Of a DNA stretch of 64,000 bases, positions 1 through 8,893 are shown piece after piece; the stretch's first letter is position 1, and every line of letters begins with the position of its first letter. The stretch comes from Candidatus Aldehydirespiratoraceae bacterium (GTDB lineage: Bacteria; Actinomycetota; Acidimicrobiia; Acidimicrobiales; Aldehydirespiratoraceae): NCBI GenBank assembly GCA_965205465.1, contig OZ242187.1:2078890-2142889 (forward strand), in the 5' to 3' direction. Under the pieces are notes generated by a model, which saw only the letters and a list, made by a program, of their open reading frames with translations, did not search any database and had not been told where the DNA came from. The position numbers were made by a program, and so were the translations under genes.

Positions 1-1397
1 TGAAGCTGGTCATGTCACGCGAAGAAGTGCTACGGGCAACCGGCCCGGCACCTGCCACCAAGATCACAGCCAAGATCGGTGCCACCGCGGACGGCGAAAT
101 CACCACCCTGCAATCCACGATGTACTTCGACAACGGCTCCACCAAAGGATTCAGCGCGCTCACCGGGGCGATGTCGGTGGCTTCCTACAAACTGCCCAAC
201 CTTGAGCTACACGCCATCGGTACTGTCACCAACACGGCACGCTCAGCTGCTTATCGGGCACCCTCGGCACCGCAGGCAGCATTCGCCGTCGAAACGTTGA
301 TTGACGAACTCGCACAGCGCCTCAATATGGACCCGATCAACATCCGCCTACAGAACGCGGCCGTTGAAGGCGACGCAACCGCAATGGGCGCACCACACCC
401 CAAGATCGGTTTCGTTGAGACCCTCGAAGCGATCAAGAACTCTGACCACTACAACTCACCGGTTCCAGAAGGCGCCGGGCGAGGCGTGGCAACCGGTTTC
501 TGGTTCAACATCGGGGAACAATCGTCAGCGACGGTCAACCTCAACGAAGACGGCACCGCCACAGTCATCACCGGCAGCCCCGACATCGGCGGCAGTCGCG
601 CTTCTATGGCGCTGATGGCAGCCGAAGAACTCGGCCTCGCCGTCGATCGCATAACACCGATCATTGCCGACACCGAATCGGTTGGTTTCACCGATATCAC
701 CGAAGGCAGCCGCGCCACGTTCGCCACCGGCATGGCTGTCGTCAACGCCTGCCGCGACCTCATCGGACAGTTGAAGCAACGAGCTGCCACCATCAAGAGC
801 GTGGACGTCGAACAGGTCGAATGGGTCGACGGCGCGGCGGTCATTGAAGGGCAGGATCCGCTCACCATTCCAGAGATCACCGCAATGGCCAAGAACACCG
901 GTGGGCCGCTCACCGCTACCGCCTCGCTCAACGCGGCGGGGGCGGGCCCGTCATTTGCGGTCCATGTCGCCGACGTAGCCGTTGACGAAGAAACCGGGGA
1001 AACCACGGTCCTGCGTTACACCGCCGCTCAAGACGCCGGCACTGCCATCCACCCCTCATACGTGGAAGGTCAGATACAGGGTGGGTCGGTGCAAGGCATC
1101 GGCTGGGCGCTCAACGAGGAGTACATCTACGACTCCAACGGGGTCATGGAAAACGCCAGCTTCCTCGACTATCGGATGCCTGTGGCGTCTGATCTACCGA
1201 TGATCGATGCGATCATCGTGGAGGTTCCCAACCCGAGCCACCCCTACGGCGTGCGCGGCGTCGGGGAAACAGGCATCGTGCCCCCGATCCCGACCATCGC
1301 CAACGCCATCGCTGCAGCGACAGGCGTGCGTATGACCTCGCTGCCGATGTCGCCTCCGAGGCTGCTGGCCGCGATCGACGAGAACGCCGGTAGCTAG
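1..1397 (+). CDS. Molybdopterin-binding large subunit of a xanthine dehydrogenase/aldehyde oxidase (CoxL/XdhB-type) enzyme, C-terminal part; 5' end outside window
   Basis: Frame is open to the window edge. The product carries C-terminal Mo-hydroxylase signatures (QIQGGSVQGIGWALNEE, HPYGVRGVGETGIVPPIPTIANAI). Confidence 0.8.
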   Translation, partial: KLVMSREEVLRATGPAPATKITAKIGATADGEITTLQSTMYFDNGSTKGFSALTGAMSVASYKLPNLELHAIGTVTNTARSAAYRAPSAPQAAFAVETLIDELAQRLNMDPINIRLQNAAVEGDATAMGAPHPKIGFVETLEAIKNSDHYNSPVPEGAGRGVATGFWFNIGEQSSATVNLNEDGTATVITGSPDIGGSRASMALMAAEELGLAVDRITPIIADTESVGFTDITEGSRATFATGMAVVNACRDLIGQLKQRAATIKSVDVEQVEWVDGAAVIEGQDPLTIPEITAMAKNTGGPLTATASLNAAGAGPSFAVHVADVAVDEETGETTVLRYTAAQDAGTAIHPSYVEGQIQGGSVQGIGWALNEEYIYDSNGVMENASFLDYRMPVASDLPMIDAIIVEVPNPSHPYGVRGVGETGIVPPIPTIANAIAAATGVRMTSLPMSPPRLLAAIDENAGS

Positions 1398-1416
1398 CAG
1401 CCGGTAGTCAGAACCC

Positions 1417-1662
1417 GTGCCCACCGTTCATCTTCAAGCCGATCATCGTCGCTTCACCGGCGGTGAGAAGGTCTTGCAGGTGGATGGCAACACGGTTGGC
1501 GAGCTGATCACAGAACTTGAGCGCCTCTACCCGGGGCTTGGGCCGTTGTTGACCGACGGCGCCAGCGTGGCCATCAACGGCGAACTGATCCCCAACGGGA
1601 TCTTCGAGAAGGTCGATTCCTCCACCGAGGTCTACTTCGTAGCGCCTATATCGGGCGGTTGA
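1417..1662 (+). CDS. MoaD/ThiS-family ubiquitin-like small protein (C-terminal Gly-Gly)
   Basis: 81 aa, GTG start, ends ...APISGG. Size and GG terminus are typical of beta-grasp sulfur carriers. It lies 20 nt downstream of the Mo-enzyme subunit. Confidence 0.55.
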   Translation: MPTVHLQADHRRFTGGEKVLQVDGNTVGELITELERLYPGLGPLLTDGASVAINGELIPNGIFEKVDSSTEVYFVAPISGG

Positions 1663-1741
1663 CAGCAGCTGTTGGGGCCGCTGTTGGGGCTGTTGTGGCG
1701 GCGGGGTTATAGTCGGCTGACCGTCTAATCAAGGGAGACCA

Positions 1742-2218
1742 ATGGCTCGCTTCCACGAGTTCGAAATGCTTTCGCTGGAAGGTGACCAAGTGGCGTTCTC
1801 GACGTTTGCCGACGCGGCTTGCCTGGTCGTCAACGTCGCCTCCGCTTGAGGCCTGACACGCCAGTACGCAGGTCTGCGTACGCTCCACAACGGAGACCAC
1901 GGAGTCCAGGTGCTGGGCTTTCCGTGCAACCAGTTCGGTGGTCAGGAACCGGGCAGCGCTGAAGAGATCCGGGCTTTTGTCGACGACAACTACAACATCA
2001 ACTTTCCGATGTTCGCCAAGATCAACGTCAACGGTGATGACGCTGCCGATCTCTACAACTGGCTCAAGCGCGAGCACCCAGGTGACGATGCCTTGTCAGA
2101 CATCCAATGGAATTTCGAGAAGTTCCTGGTCGGCTCCGACGGAGAAGTAGTTGCTCGCTTCTCACCCAAGGTCACCCCCGAAGAAATCACCGAACAACTG
2201 CCCACCCTGCTGAAATAA
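1742..2218 (+). CDS. Glutathione peroxidase, selenocysteine-containing (in-frame TGA 1847-1849 read as Sec)
   Basis: ATG 1742 lies in frame with ORF 1910..2218. The joined product has VNVASA-[TGA]-GLT followed by LGFPCNQFGGQEPG and WNFEKFLV GPx motifs. AAGGGAGA lies just upstream and a SECIS-like hairpin lies downstream of the TGA. Confidence 0.8.
1864..1881 (+). promoter_or_regulatory. Bacterial SECIS-like hairpin
   Basis: Perfect 7-bp stem GTACGCA/TGCGTAC with a GGTC loop, starting 15 nt after the TGA. The apex GCAGGTCTGC is identical to the apex of the E. coli fdhF SECIS minihelix. Confidence 0.7.
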
Positions 2219-2229
2219 AGGCACTCACT

Positions 2230-2706
2230 ATGACCCCCCAAGACCTCGTTGAGATCGAACAGATCAAACAACTCAAATACAAGTACCTCCGCCTGCTCGA
2301 CCAGCACTTGTTTAAGGAGATGCGTTCTGTGCTCACCGACGATGTGACCGTTCGCTACAGCGACGGCAAGTATTCGTACGACGGCGTCGATGCGGTGATC
2401 GGCTTCCTAACGGAATCGATGGGTTCAAAGAGTTTCCTGTCGAGCCACTCCTGCCATCATCCTGAAATCACTCTCAACGGGGACGGCACCGCGACCGGAA
2501 TCTGGAAACTCGAAGACCAGGTGATCATCGGTGAACACAACATCACCCTGCGTGGCGCAGCGTTCTACTACGACGAGTATGTGAAGACCGCTGCCGGTTG
2601 GAGGATCAAGACCACCGGCTACCGCCGGATCTTCGAAGAGATGCATCCCCGCTCCGCCATCGAAGGACTCAACCTCGTAGCCACCTGGTTCGGCGGCGAA
2701 ACCTGA
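2230..2706 (+). CDS. SnoaL-like / NTF2-superfamily protein
   Basis: An internal ATG at 2230, 9 nt after the GPx stop, gives 158 aa. The N-terminus IEQIKQLKYKYLRLLD and the size fit SnoaL_4-type proteins. The upstream part of ORF 2107.. overlaps the GPx gene out of frame. Confidence 0.7.
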   Translation: MTPQDLVEIEQIKQLKYKYLRLLDQHLFKEMRSVLTDDVTVRYSDGKYSYDGVDAVIGFLTESMGSKSFLSSHSCHHPEITLNGDGTATGIWKLEDQVIIGEHNITLRGAAFYYDEYVKTAAGWRIKTTGYRRIFEEMHPRSAIEGLNLVATWFGGET

Positions 2707-2794
2707 GCGTTTGAGTATCCGGGCGCCGATCTAGCGTGACAGGCGACAGGTGTCCTACGGCGTACACCGAGAGTGCAGAAGCGCGCGGCGACGG

Positions 2795-3289
2795 CTACGG
2801 ATCGGATACAAACACCTCAGCCGGCCCAACGAGAACCCCGTTGCCCGAAGGGACTGGGCGGGTGGACTCAGCTCCGTCCAGCCGCATTCTCGCCGTACCG
2901 TCGTCAACTAAACCCACAATGAGGAACTCACCCAGAGTACACACTACCGGATCCACTACTCCTGTTTGATCTTCCCATGACACAGCGAGCGGCGGATCGG
3001 TTCGAGAGATCACCGCGCGCAGATAAGAACCAAATAGGCTTTGCTCAACGTAAGTAGCATCACTCTCCGCGGGGAACTGAGCCAGTTCAGTGGACTTGTC
3101 ATGCTGGGTCTCGGCGATAATACTGAAACGAGGGATCAGGAGTCCATTCGCTGGTGCTGGTTCAATCCGAACTTGCTCGTTCAGACGACATTGATGGCTT
3201 TCAGTTACTGAATCAGCGCACGATACGACCAGAGCAGTCGTTGCGGAGATAAGAATTACGAGTCGCTTAATTGTCTGATACAGGGTCAA
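2795..3289 (-). CDS. Hypothetical lipoprotein
   Basis: TTG at 3289 gives M-TLYQTIKRLVILISATTALVVSC-ADS (signal peptide plus lipobox). No recognisable domain. It lies in a low-GC patch and the start is uncertain. Confidence 0.5.
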   Translation of the reverse strand: MTLYQTIKRLVILISATTALVVSCADSVTESHQCRLNEQVRIEPAPANGLLIPRFSIIAETQHDKSTELAQFPAESDATYVEQSLFGSYLRAVISRTDPPLAVSWEDQTGVVDPVVCTLGEFLIVGLVDDGTARMRLDGAESTRPVPSGNGVLVGPAEVFVSDP

Positions 3290-4022
3290 AGCTCTGCCTA
3301 TACCGATCAAGAAGATCCGAGTTGTCGTCACTCCAGTCGGGTATGAACTCAGTCAGCAGAAAGTACTCAAAATCAGTCTCAAGATCGACGGTACACTCAT
3401 CGCGATCTCGGATGGCTATCTGAGTACGTTGGAAGTTGAGCGACCCGTCACTTATTGCCGTCTCTATGTCGGTGGGCGAGTCGAAATTATGGCCTCGATC
3501 CCGCATGCACTGACGCCAAGATTCTTGGAGTCCAACCGCTAGGTCGGCTTTGCTTGCTCTGTCATAGAGTTCCTCTACTGCCACATCGAGTTCTTTCTGG
3601 ATTTCGATAAAGTCGAGAAGCACCGGGCGTGAACGGGCTGGACTATTGGGTTCCAGCGACTCCCTAGGGCTGTTCCCAAAAGCAAAAGCAGTGAACGACT
3701 CATCCTCTTTCGCCAGGTCAAGGATTGCGTTGAGCAGTTCGGCACGAGAACGTGACAGCGCCACGACGTCACGCTGCGATACAGCACCAAGGGCAGCGAT
3801 ACGAGGATCAAGCGAATACTGATCCAGAGCAGCTCTGATTTCCCTCTCCGAGGCTTCTCTCCCTTGTGTGGCAGCGCCGACCGTAATGCCTAACCCCGCA
3901 GTGACCAACACCAAGGTGACAACAACCACAAATCTTCGAGAGGGGCGCCTAGGATTCTTCGTCTGGGCACTAACCATAGAACCGTTCGCCATCTTCCTCA
4001 CAAACCAACCTAACCGGGACAT
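3267..4022 (-). CDS. Hypothetical membrane-anchored protein
   Basis: 251-aa ORF with a basic N-terminus followed by a TM helix (FVVVVTLVLVTAGLGITVGAA). No recognisable domain. GC is lower than the surrounding sequence. Confidence 0.55.
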   Translation of the reverse strand: MSRLGWFVRKMANGSMVSAQTKNPRRPSRRFVVVVTLVLVTAGLGITVGAATQGREASEREIRAALDQYSLDPRIAALGAVSQRDVVALSRSRAELLNAILDLAKEDESFTAFAFGNSPRESLEPNSPARSRPVLLDFIEIQKELDVAVEELYDRASKADLAVGLQESWRQCMRDRGHNFDSPTDIETAISDGSLNFQRTQIAIRDRDECTVDLETDFEYFLLTEFIPDWSDDNSDLLDRYRQSFDPVSDN

Positions 4023-4258
4023 GAGTACTGAGGTTGGATCTGACTATCCCCATGAAATCCGTCGAGATGAAACTGTAAGGTCGGACCGCTCCAAACCCAC
4101 CAACTGAGACCGGCGTGAGTGCGGTAACGGTGAGTGCCATCACGACAAGCCCTAGAGGGTGTCGCGCTCCAACTGCTTGTCCTTCCGTTCCCAAAAACTG
4201 CCGCACCGGTCTCCCAGTTGCATCCCCGCAACCAGATCACCAAATCCGCGACACACCA

Positions 4259-4642
4259 CTAGGGAGCTATTGCTACCGTTGCGTCGATCTCCACCAGCAT
4301 TTCAGCTCGGGGTAGTCCGGTTTCAACTGTCGTGCGCGCTGGGTAGGGGGCTTTGAAGTACTCGGCGTACACGTCGTTCATTCCCTCGAAGTTCTCCATT
4401 GTTGTGAGGTACACGCGGACCTGCACAGCATTATTCAAGTGACATCCCGCGGCCAGAGCCACAGCGGCCAGGTTGTCGAGCGTTTGTCTGGTCTGTGATC
4501 GGATGTCGGGACCGGCCAAGGCGCCGTTTCTGTCATATGGGCCCTGGCCGGAGAGAAAGGCCAAGTCATTGTGTTTGATGGCCGACGAGTACGGCCCGGC
4601 GGCGGGAGGCACGTCGGTAGCTGTCACGGCTTGTCGAGTCAT
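4259..4642 (-). CDS. RidA/YjgF-family reactive enamine/imine deaminase
   Basis: 127 aa. AAGPYSSAIKHNDLAFLSGQ...TTVETGLPRAEMLVEIDA matches the YjgF/RidA pattern. Confidence 0.85.
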   Translation of the reverse strand: MTRQAVTATDVPPAAGPYSSAIKHNDLAFLSGQGPYDRNGALAGPDIRSQTRQTLDNLAAVALAAGCHLNNAVQVRVYLTTMENFEGMNDVYAEYFKAPYPARTTVETGLPRAEMLVEIDATVAIAP

Positions 4643-4658
4643 GGGGGGCTTTCCTTTT

Positions 4659-6113
4659 CTAGGTGGTTGTGCGGCTCAGCACCGTTCCGCTGTTGGAATG
4701 GGTGAGTCCGCGAGGTGTTACTGCTGGTCGGCCGTTGACGAGCACCCATTTGATTCCCTCGGGTTGACGGCGTTGTTGGTAACTGCCGTTGTCGGCGATT
4801 CTGCTGTGGTCAAAGACGACGATGTCGGCGTATGTTCCCAACTGGATTCGACCGCGTTCCAACAGGCCGTAGCGGTCGGCCGGACATCCGGTCATCTTCG
4901 TGACAGCGGTGGTCAGATCGAATAGACCTTCGTCGCGGCTGTAGTGGCCGATGACGCGCGGGAAGGTGCCGAGAAGGCGGGGATGGGGAACACCGCCGTC
5001 TTGAGGGATGCCGTCGCTCCCGATCATCGCCAGCGGGTGACTGAGAACTGTCCGCATGTCACTCTCATCAATCTCGAAGATGATGCAAAGGGTTTCCACA
5101 GCGCGGGGAGCAGTGATGATTGATCGGGTGATGTCATCGACTGGTCTGCCCAACTCGGACGAGATGTCCAACAGATTCCTACCCTCATAGCTCGGGAAAT
5201 CCTTACAACGGGTGATCTGCACGAGTTCTGCGCGTTGCCGATCGATGTTGTCGGGGTCGAAGTACTGCGCTATCGGTCCGGAACCCGCCATATAGGGATA
5301 CACGTCGAAGGCAACGTCAATGCCGCTTGTGCGGGCCTCCTCTATGCGGGTCAGGGCGTCCTCGACTGAACCCCAGTTCTTGCGTCCGATGGCTTTGAGA
5401 TGTGAAATCTGTACCCCGGCACCCGACCTGCGGGAGACCTCCAGGGCCTCATCGATCGCGGCGAGCAGTCCGGCGCCCTCGTCTCTGAGATGAGTGCTGT
5501 GCAGCCCGCCCAGATCTGCGACGGCGGAAGTGATCTCGACGAGGTCGTCGAGGTTGCTGTAGCGGCCGGGCTCGTAGATCAAGCCGGTCGATACTCCGAG
5601 AGCGCCTTGTTCCACGGCACGTTTGGCTGCGTCCACAACGGCGGTGCGTTGGCTCTTGGAGAGACGTTTGTCGGTCCGCGGCGTGGTGTGGCTTGCCAGT
5701 GTGTTGTGCCCGACGAACGTGGCCATGTTTGGTCCGATACCGGTCGAACCCAGCGTGTCCACATATTCGGAGTAGGTGCTCCACGGGCCGTTGGTTCCCA
5801 GCAGGTCTTCTGATGTTCGGCCACGACGGTGTGGAAAGGCGCTGAAACCGCAATTGCCGCAGATGACCGTGGTGACTCCCTGAGCAAGCTTCTCCGGGTT
5901 GGACGGATCCCGGTACAGCTGCATGTCGTCGTGAGTGTGGGAATCGATGAATCCCGGGGCTACCACCGAACCGGAGGCGACGATCTCCTGATGGGCAGCA
6001 CCGACTCTTCCGATCGCGGCTATGCGGTCACCTTCTATGCCGATGTCGCCTTCGAAGGGAGCGTTACCGTCGCCGTCGACAATGAGACCATCGCGAATGG
6101 CGAAATCAAGCAT
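4659..6113 (-). CDS. N-acyl-D-amino-acid deacylase (D-aminoacylase) family amidohydrolase
   Basis: 484 aa. The N-terminus IRDGLIVDGDGN...GFIDSHTHDD and overall length are typical of D-aminoacylases. Confidence 0.85.
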   Translation of the reverse strand: MLDFAIRDGLIVDGDGNAPFEGDIGIEGDRIAAIGRVGAAHQEIVASGSVVAPGFIDSHTHDDMQLYRDPSNPEKLAQGVTTVICGNCGFSAFPHRRGRTSEDLLGTNGPWSTYSEYVDTLGSTGIGPNMATFVGHNTLASHTTPRTDKRLSKSQRTAVVDAAKRAVEQGALGVSTGLIYEPGRYSNLDDLVEITSAVADLGGLHSTHLRDEGAGLLAAIDEALEVSRRSGAGVQISHLKAIGRKNWGSVEDALTRIEEARTSGIDVAFDVYPYMAGSGPIAQYFDPDNIDRQRAELVQITRCKDFPSYEGRNLLDISSELGRPVDDITRSIITAPRAVETLCIIFEIDESDMRTVLSHPLAMIGSDGIPQDGGVPHPRLLGTFPRVIGHYSRDEGLFDLTTAVTKMTGCPADRYGLLERGRIQLGTYADIVVFDHSRIADNGSYQQRRQPEGIKWVLVNGRPAVTPRGLTHSNSGTVLSRTTT

Positions 6114-6154
6114 GTGTCACGGGACGGTTGAGTCCCGCTTCTCTCCAAGTTGAC

Positions 6155-6188
6155 TGCGTATACTGCATTAGATGCTGCATTATACGCA
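6155..6188. promoter_or_regulatory. Candidate operator (nested repeat) in the D-aminoacylase/eda divergent intergenic region
   Basis: TGCGTATA-n18-TATACGCA inverted repeat enclosing a TGCATTA direct repeat and a TAGATGC core. Confidence 0.4.
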
Positions 6189-6217
6189 ACTGAGTTCCGC
6201 TGTGCCAGGAACGTGTC

Positions 6218-6847
6218 GTGAAACCGGATATTAACTCCGTCAAACTGGCGGAGCGACTCCGACGGGATCCGGTGGTGGCCGTTCTGCGGGCTCTCGACCC
6301 TCACAATACAGCTTCGAGGGCCCGCGAGTTGTTTGCAATGGGCATCGAACATGTTGAGGTGACCATCCAGGACACGCAAGGGATCGATGCTCTGAGAGCG
6401 ACGGTTGCGTTGTGCGCTGGACAGGAGCGGCATATTGGGGCCGGGTCGATCATCTCTCCAGAAATGGCAGAACTTGCGATTGATATCGGGGTAGATTTCT
6501 TGGTGTCTCCAGGGTTGAGTTCGTCGATCGTCAGAGTCGCCCAGTCGCAAGGTGTGGCTGTACTCCCTGGAGTTGCCACACCTTCAGAAATTCAGAAGGC
6601 CATATCCCTGGGGCTACAGACGGTAAAGCTCTTTCCGGTTTCGCAACTGGGTGGTGCCGGGTATGTTCGTGCCCTGAGAGGGCCTTTCCCCGAAGTCGGA
6701 TTCGTCCCAACGGGTGGTGTCGACTGTGGCAGCATTGACAGCTTCCTCGAAGCTGGCGCAATCGGGGTCGGTCTGGGAAGTGAGTTGACGCGCGATAGTG
6801 GGTTGGAGGAGCTTGAACGATGGCTGACGCAACACAACAGTCGATGA
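6218..6847 (+). CDS. eda: 2-dehydro-3-deoxyphosphogluconate / 4-hydroxy-2-oxoglutarate aldolase
   Basis: 209 aa, GTG start. VVAVLRA...GIEHVEVT...VKLFP...GGV pattern of KDPG/KHG aldolases. Confidence 0.8.
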   Translation: MKPDINSVKLAERLRRDPVVAVLRALDPHNTASRARELFAMGIEHVEVTIQDTQGIDALRATVALCAGQERHIGAGSIISPEMAELAIDIGVDFLVSPGLSSSIVRVAQSQGVAVLPGVATPSEIQKAISLGLQTVKLFPVSQLGGAGYVRALRGPFPEVGFVPTGGVDCGSIDSFLEAGAIGVGLGSELTRDSGLEELERWLTQHNSR

Positions 6848-8082
6848 TGGTGCAGCAACGATTCGTTGCATCAGACAAAGGAATTCCCAGCGATCTCATC
6901 GGCCGACCGGTCATGTCTCTGGTTGGTCGCAACGTCCGTGACGGCACTTTCCCCTCGCCGGTGATCGTGGCGTATTCCGACCGCATCGAGCACAACTTGG
7001 CATTGATGAAAGCATGGTGCGACCACCATGGAGTGGAGATTGCCCCGCATGCCAAGACTGCTATGGCGCCGAAGTGGATCCGGCGGCAGCTAGGTGCTGG
7101 AGCGTCGGGCATGACGGTTGCGACAATCACACAGGCGCGGACGCTTCATGCTTTGGGGATCGACACGATTCTGTTGGCCAACCAACACATCAACCCCGCT
7201 GGTGTCGACTGGGCTTTCGATGCTTCTGTCTCCGGACTCGACCTGACCGTCTTCGTCGATTCAATCGAGGGCGTGGCCGCTCTTGAGCAGCAAGATCCCA
7301 GGGGGCAGGTGAAGGTGCTTGTTGAAGTGGGTGGTACAGGTGGTCGCACGGGGGCACGTTCAATAGAGGAAGCGCTTCGTATAGCGGAATCAGCAAATGC
7401 CACTCCGGGACTGACTGTGGTCGGTGTTGCCGGATACGAGGGCGTGTTTCTCGATGACGGCATGACTGACCCGCGGGCTCGCGTACGGGCGTATCTATCG
7501 CATGTGGCTGACACCTTCGAGGAGCTCGATGTGGCCGGGCACTTTGATGAACTCGACACGGTGGTGCTCTCGGCGGGTGGTAGCGCTTGTTTCGATGATG
7601 TTGCCGAGATTCTGTCCGGCGTCAGCAGCTCGCATCCGGTCCGAGTCGTGTTGAGATCGGGTTGCTATCTCACCCATGACCACGGCTTGTATGAAGGCGT
7701 GTCTCCGCTGCGCAACCACTCCGACTGGCGTCCGTTCGAGGCGGCGATCGAGCTTGCCGCGCAGGTGTTGTCACGTCCTGAACCGGGGCTGGCGTTGCTG
7801 GATACCGGCAGGCGTGACGTGTCGTTCGACTGCGGTCTTCCCAAGCCTCTCGGCTGGTTCCGAAGCGGTTCGGGGCCCGAGGATGCCCCCGGTCATTGGC
7901 GGGTTTTCCGAATTATGGACCATCACAGCTATCTCGCGGTGGACGACAGCGACGGGCTCCGGGTCGGAGACTTCGTTACGCTGGGGATCTCTCACCCGTG
8001 CACCACACTTGACAAGTGGCGCCATATCCCAGAGGTCTCAAACGACGGAACCGTGCTGGACGTAATATCGACGGTCTTTTGA
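6820..8082 (+). CDS. Fold-type III PLP enzyme, D-serine dehydratase-like / D-threonine aldolase-like 'amino acid deaminase'
   Basis: 420 aa with an alanine-racemase-N-like half (HAKTAMAP, VEVGGTGGRTGAR) and a C-terminus ...GDFVTLGISHPCTTLDKW. GGAGG lies 10 nt upstream of 6820. An alternative ATG at 6844 overlaps the eda stop (ATGA). Confidence 0.75.
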   Translation: MADATQQSMMVQQRFVASDKGIPSDLIGRPVMSLVGRNVRDGTFPSPVIVAYSDRIEHNLALMKAWCDHHGVEIAPHAKTAMAPKWIRRQLGAGASGMTVATITQARTLHALGIDTILLANQHINPAGVDWAFDASVSGLDLTVFVDSIEGVAALEQQDPRGQVKVLVEVGGTGGRTGARSIEEALRIAESANATPGLTVVGVAGYEGVFLDDGMTDPRARVRAYLSHVADTFEELDVAGHFDELDTVVLSAGGSACFDDVAEILSGVSSSHPVRVVLRSGCYLTHDHGLYEGVSPLRNHSDWRPFEAAIELAAQVLSRPEPGLALLDTGRRDVSFDCGLPKPLGWFRSGSGPEDAPGHWRVFRIMDHHSYLAVDDSDGLRVGDFVTLGISHPCTTLDKWRHIPEVSNDGTVLDVISTVF

Positions 8083-8128
8083 AGCAGACGAGAGGTCGGC
8101 CTCCCCAGCTTGCCAGCGTCATCCGTGC

Positions 8129-8878
8129 TTATGGTGGGGGCTGCCAGCCGTAATCGATCGAGATTGCTTGAGCCGCGGCTGCAAGGACGGGTTCAAACCC
8201 AAGAAGTTGTTCGTAGGTGCAAAGCAGAGTGGTCGTCGTAATCGACACCGATCCGAGGATCTCTCCAGAAGCACCTCGTATTGGTGCTCCCATGCAATTC
8301 ACGAAGTCCTCATGCTCTAGATGGTCCAGGGCGAACCCGCGCTCGGCGGTCGCCTCCAGTTCTGCCAGGAAACGGTCTGCGCTCGTGATGGTGTTTTTTG
8401 TGAACGGTTCGTAGGTCACCAGTCCAGCCAAGCGCTCTTGTTCGGAACGCGGGAGAAACGCAACAATCGCTTTCGCCACTGCTGTGCAGTGCATGGGGGC
8501 AACGTTGCCGATTCGTGACCACATCCGAACCGGATTCAAAGATTCTCGTTTGTCCACATAGATGACTTGGTCACCTTCAAGTATCGCAAGGTGGACTGTG
8601 TGCCCGACATCGCGGTTCAGTTGGTTGAGGTGCGGCTCTGCGGTTGAACGCAGGTCGACCTTCTCCAGTGCCTCGTTGGCAAGAGCAAAAAGCCCGCTAC
8701 CGAGACGGAACACATGGCGAGTATCTCTCACCACGAGACGTCGAGCTTCGAGAACTTGAAGCGACCGAAGAGCTGTTGACGGGTGGACACCCATCAATTC
8801 TGCGACCTCTTCGATAGTGCGGGGCTCCTCTGCGATGCTCTCCAACACTCGTAGTGCGCGCTCAACCGTCTGACTCAA
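8129..8878 (-). CDS. IclR-family transcriptional regulator
   Basis: 249 aa. N-terminal wHTH (RALRVLESIAEEPRTIEEVAELMGVHPSTALRSLQVLE) plus an IclR effector domain. Confidence 0.9.
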   Translation of the reverse strand: MSQTVERALRVLESIAEEPRTIEEVAELMGVHPSTALRSLQVLEARRLVVRDTRHVFRLGSGLFALANEALEKVDLRSTAEPHLNQLNRDVGHTVHLAILEGDQVIYVDKRESLNPVRMWSRIGNVAPMHCTAVAKAIVAFLPRSEQERLAGLVTYEPFTKNTITSADRFLAELEATAERGFALDHLEHEDFVNCMGAPIRGASGEILGSVSITTTTLLCTYEQLLGFEPVLAAAAQAISIDYGWQPPP

Positions 8879-8893
8879 CTCGACTCGGTTCTC

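Noticed and set aside
449-1006. Long antisense or alternative-frame ORFs throughout the window. Examples are 449..1006, 16950..17891, 20261..20773, 21428..21988, 22769..23650, 27959..28756, 29474..30243, 33213..33884, 33972..34820, 40196..40816, 41363..41962 and 56970..57764.
   Set aside because: All lie fully inside strong, motif-bearing genes on the other strand or frame. Their products are Arg/Gly/Pro/Ala-rich low-complexity strings typical of shadow ORFs in high-GC DNA.
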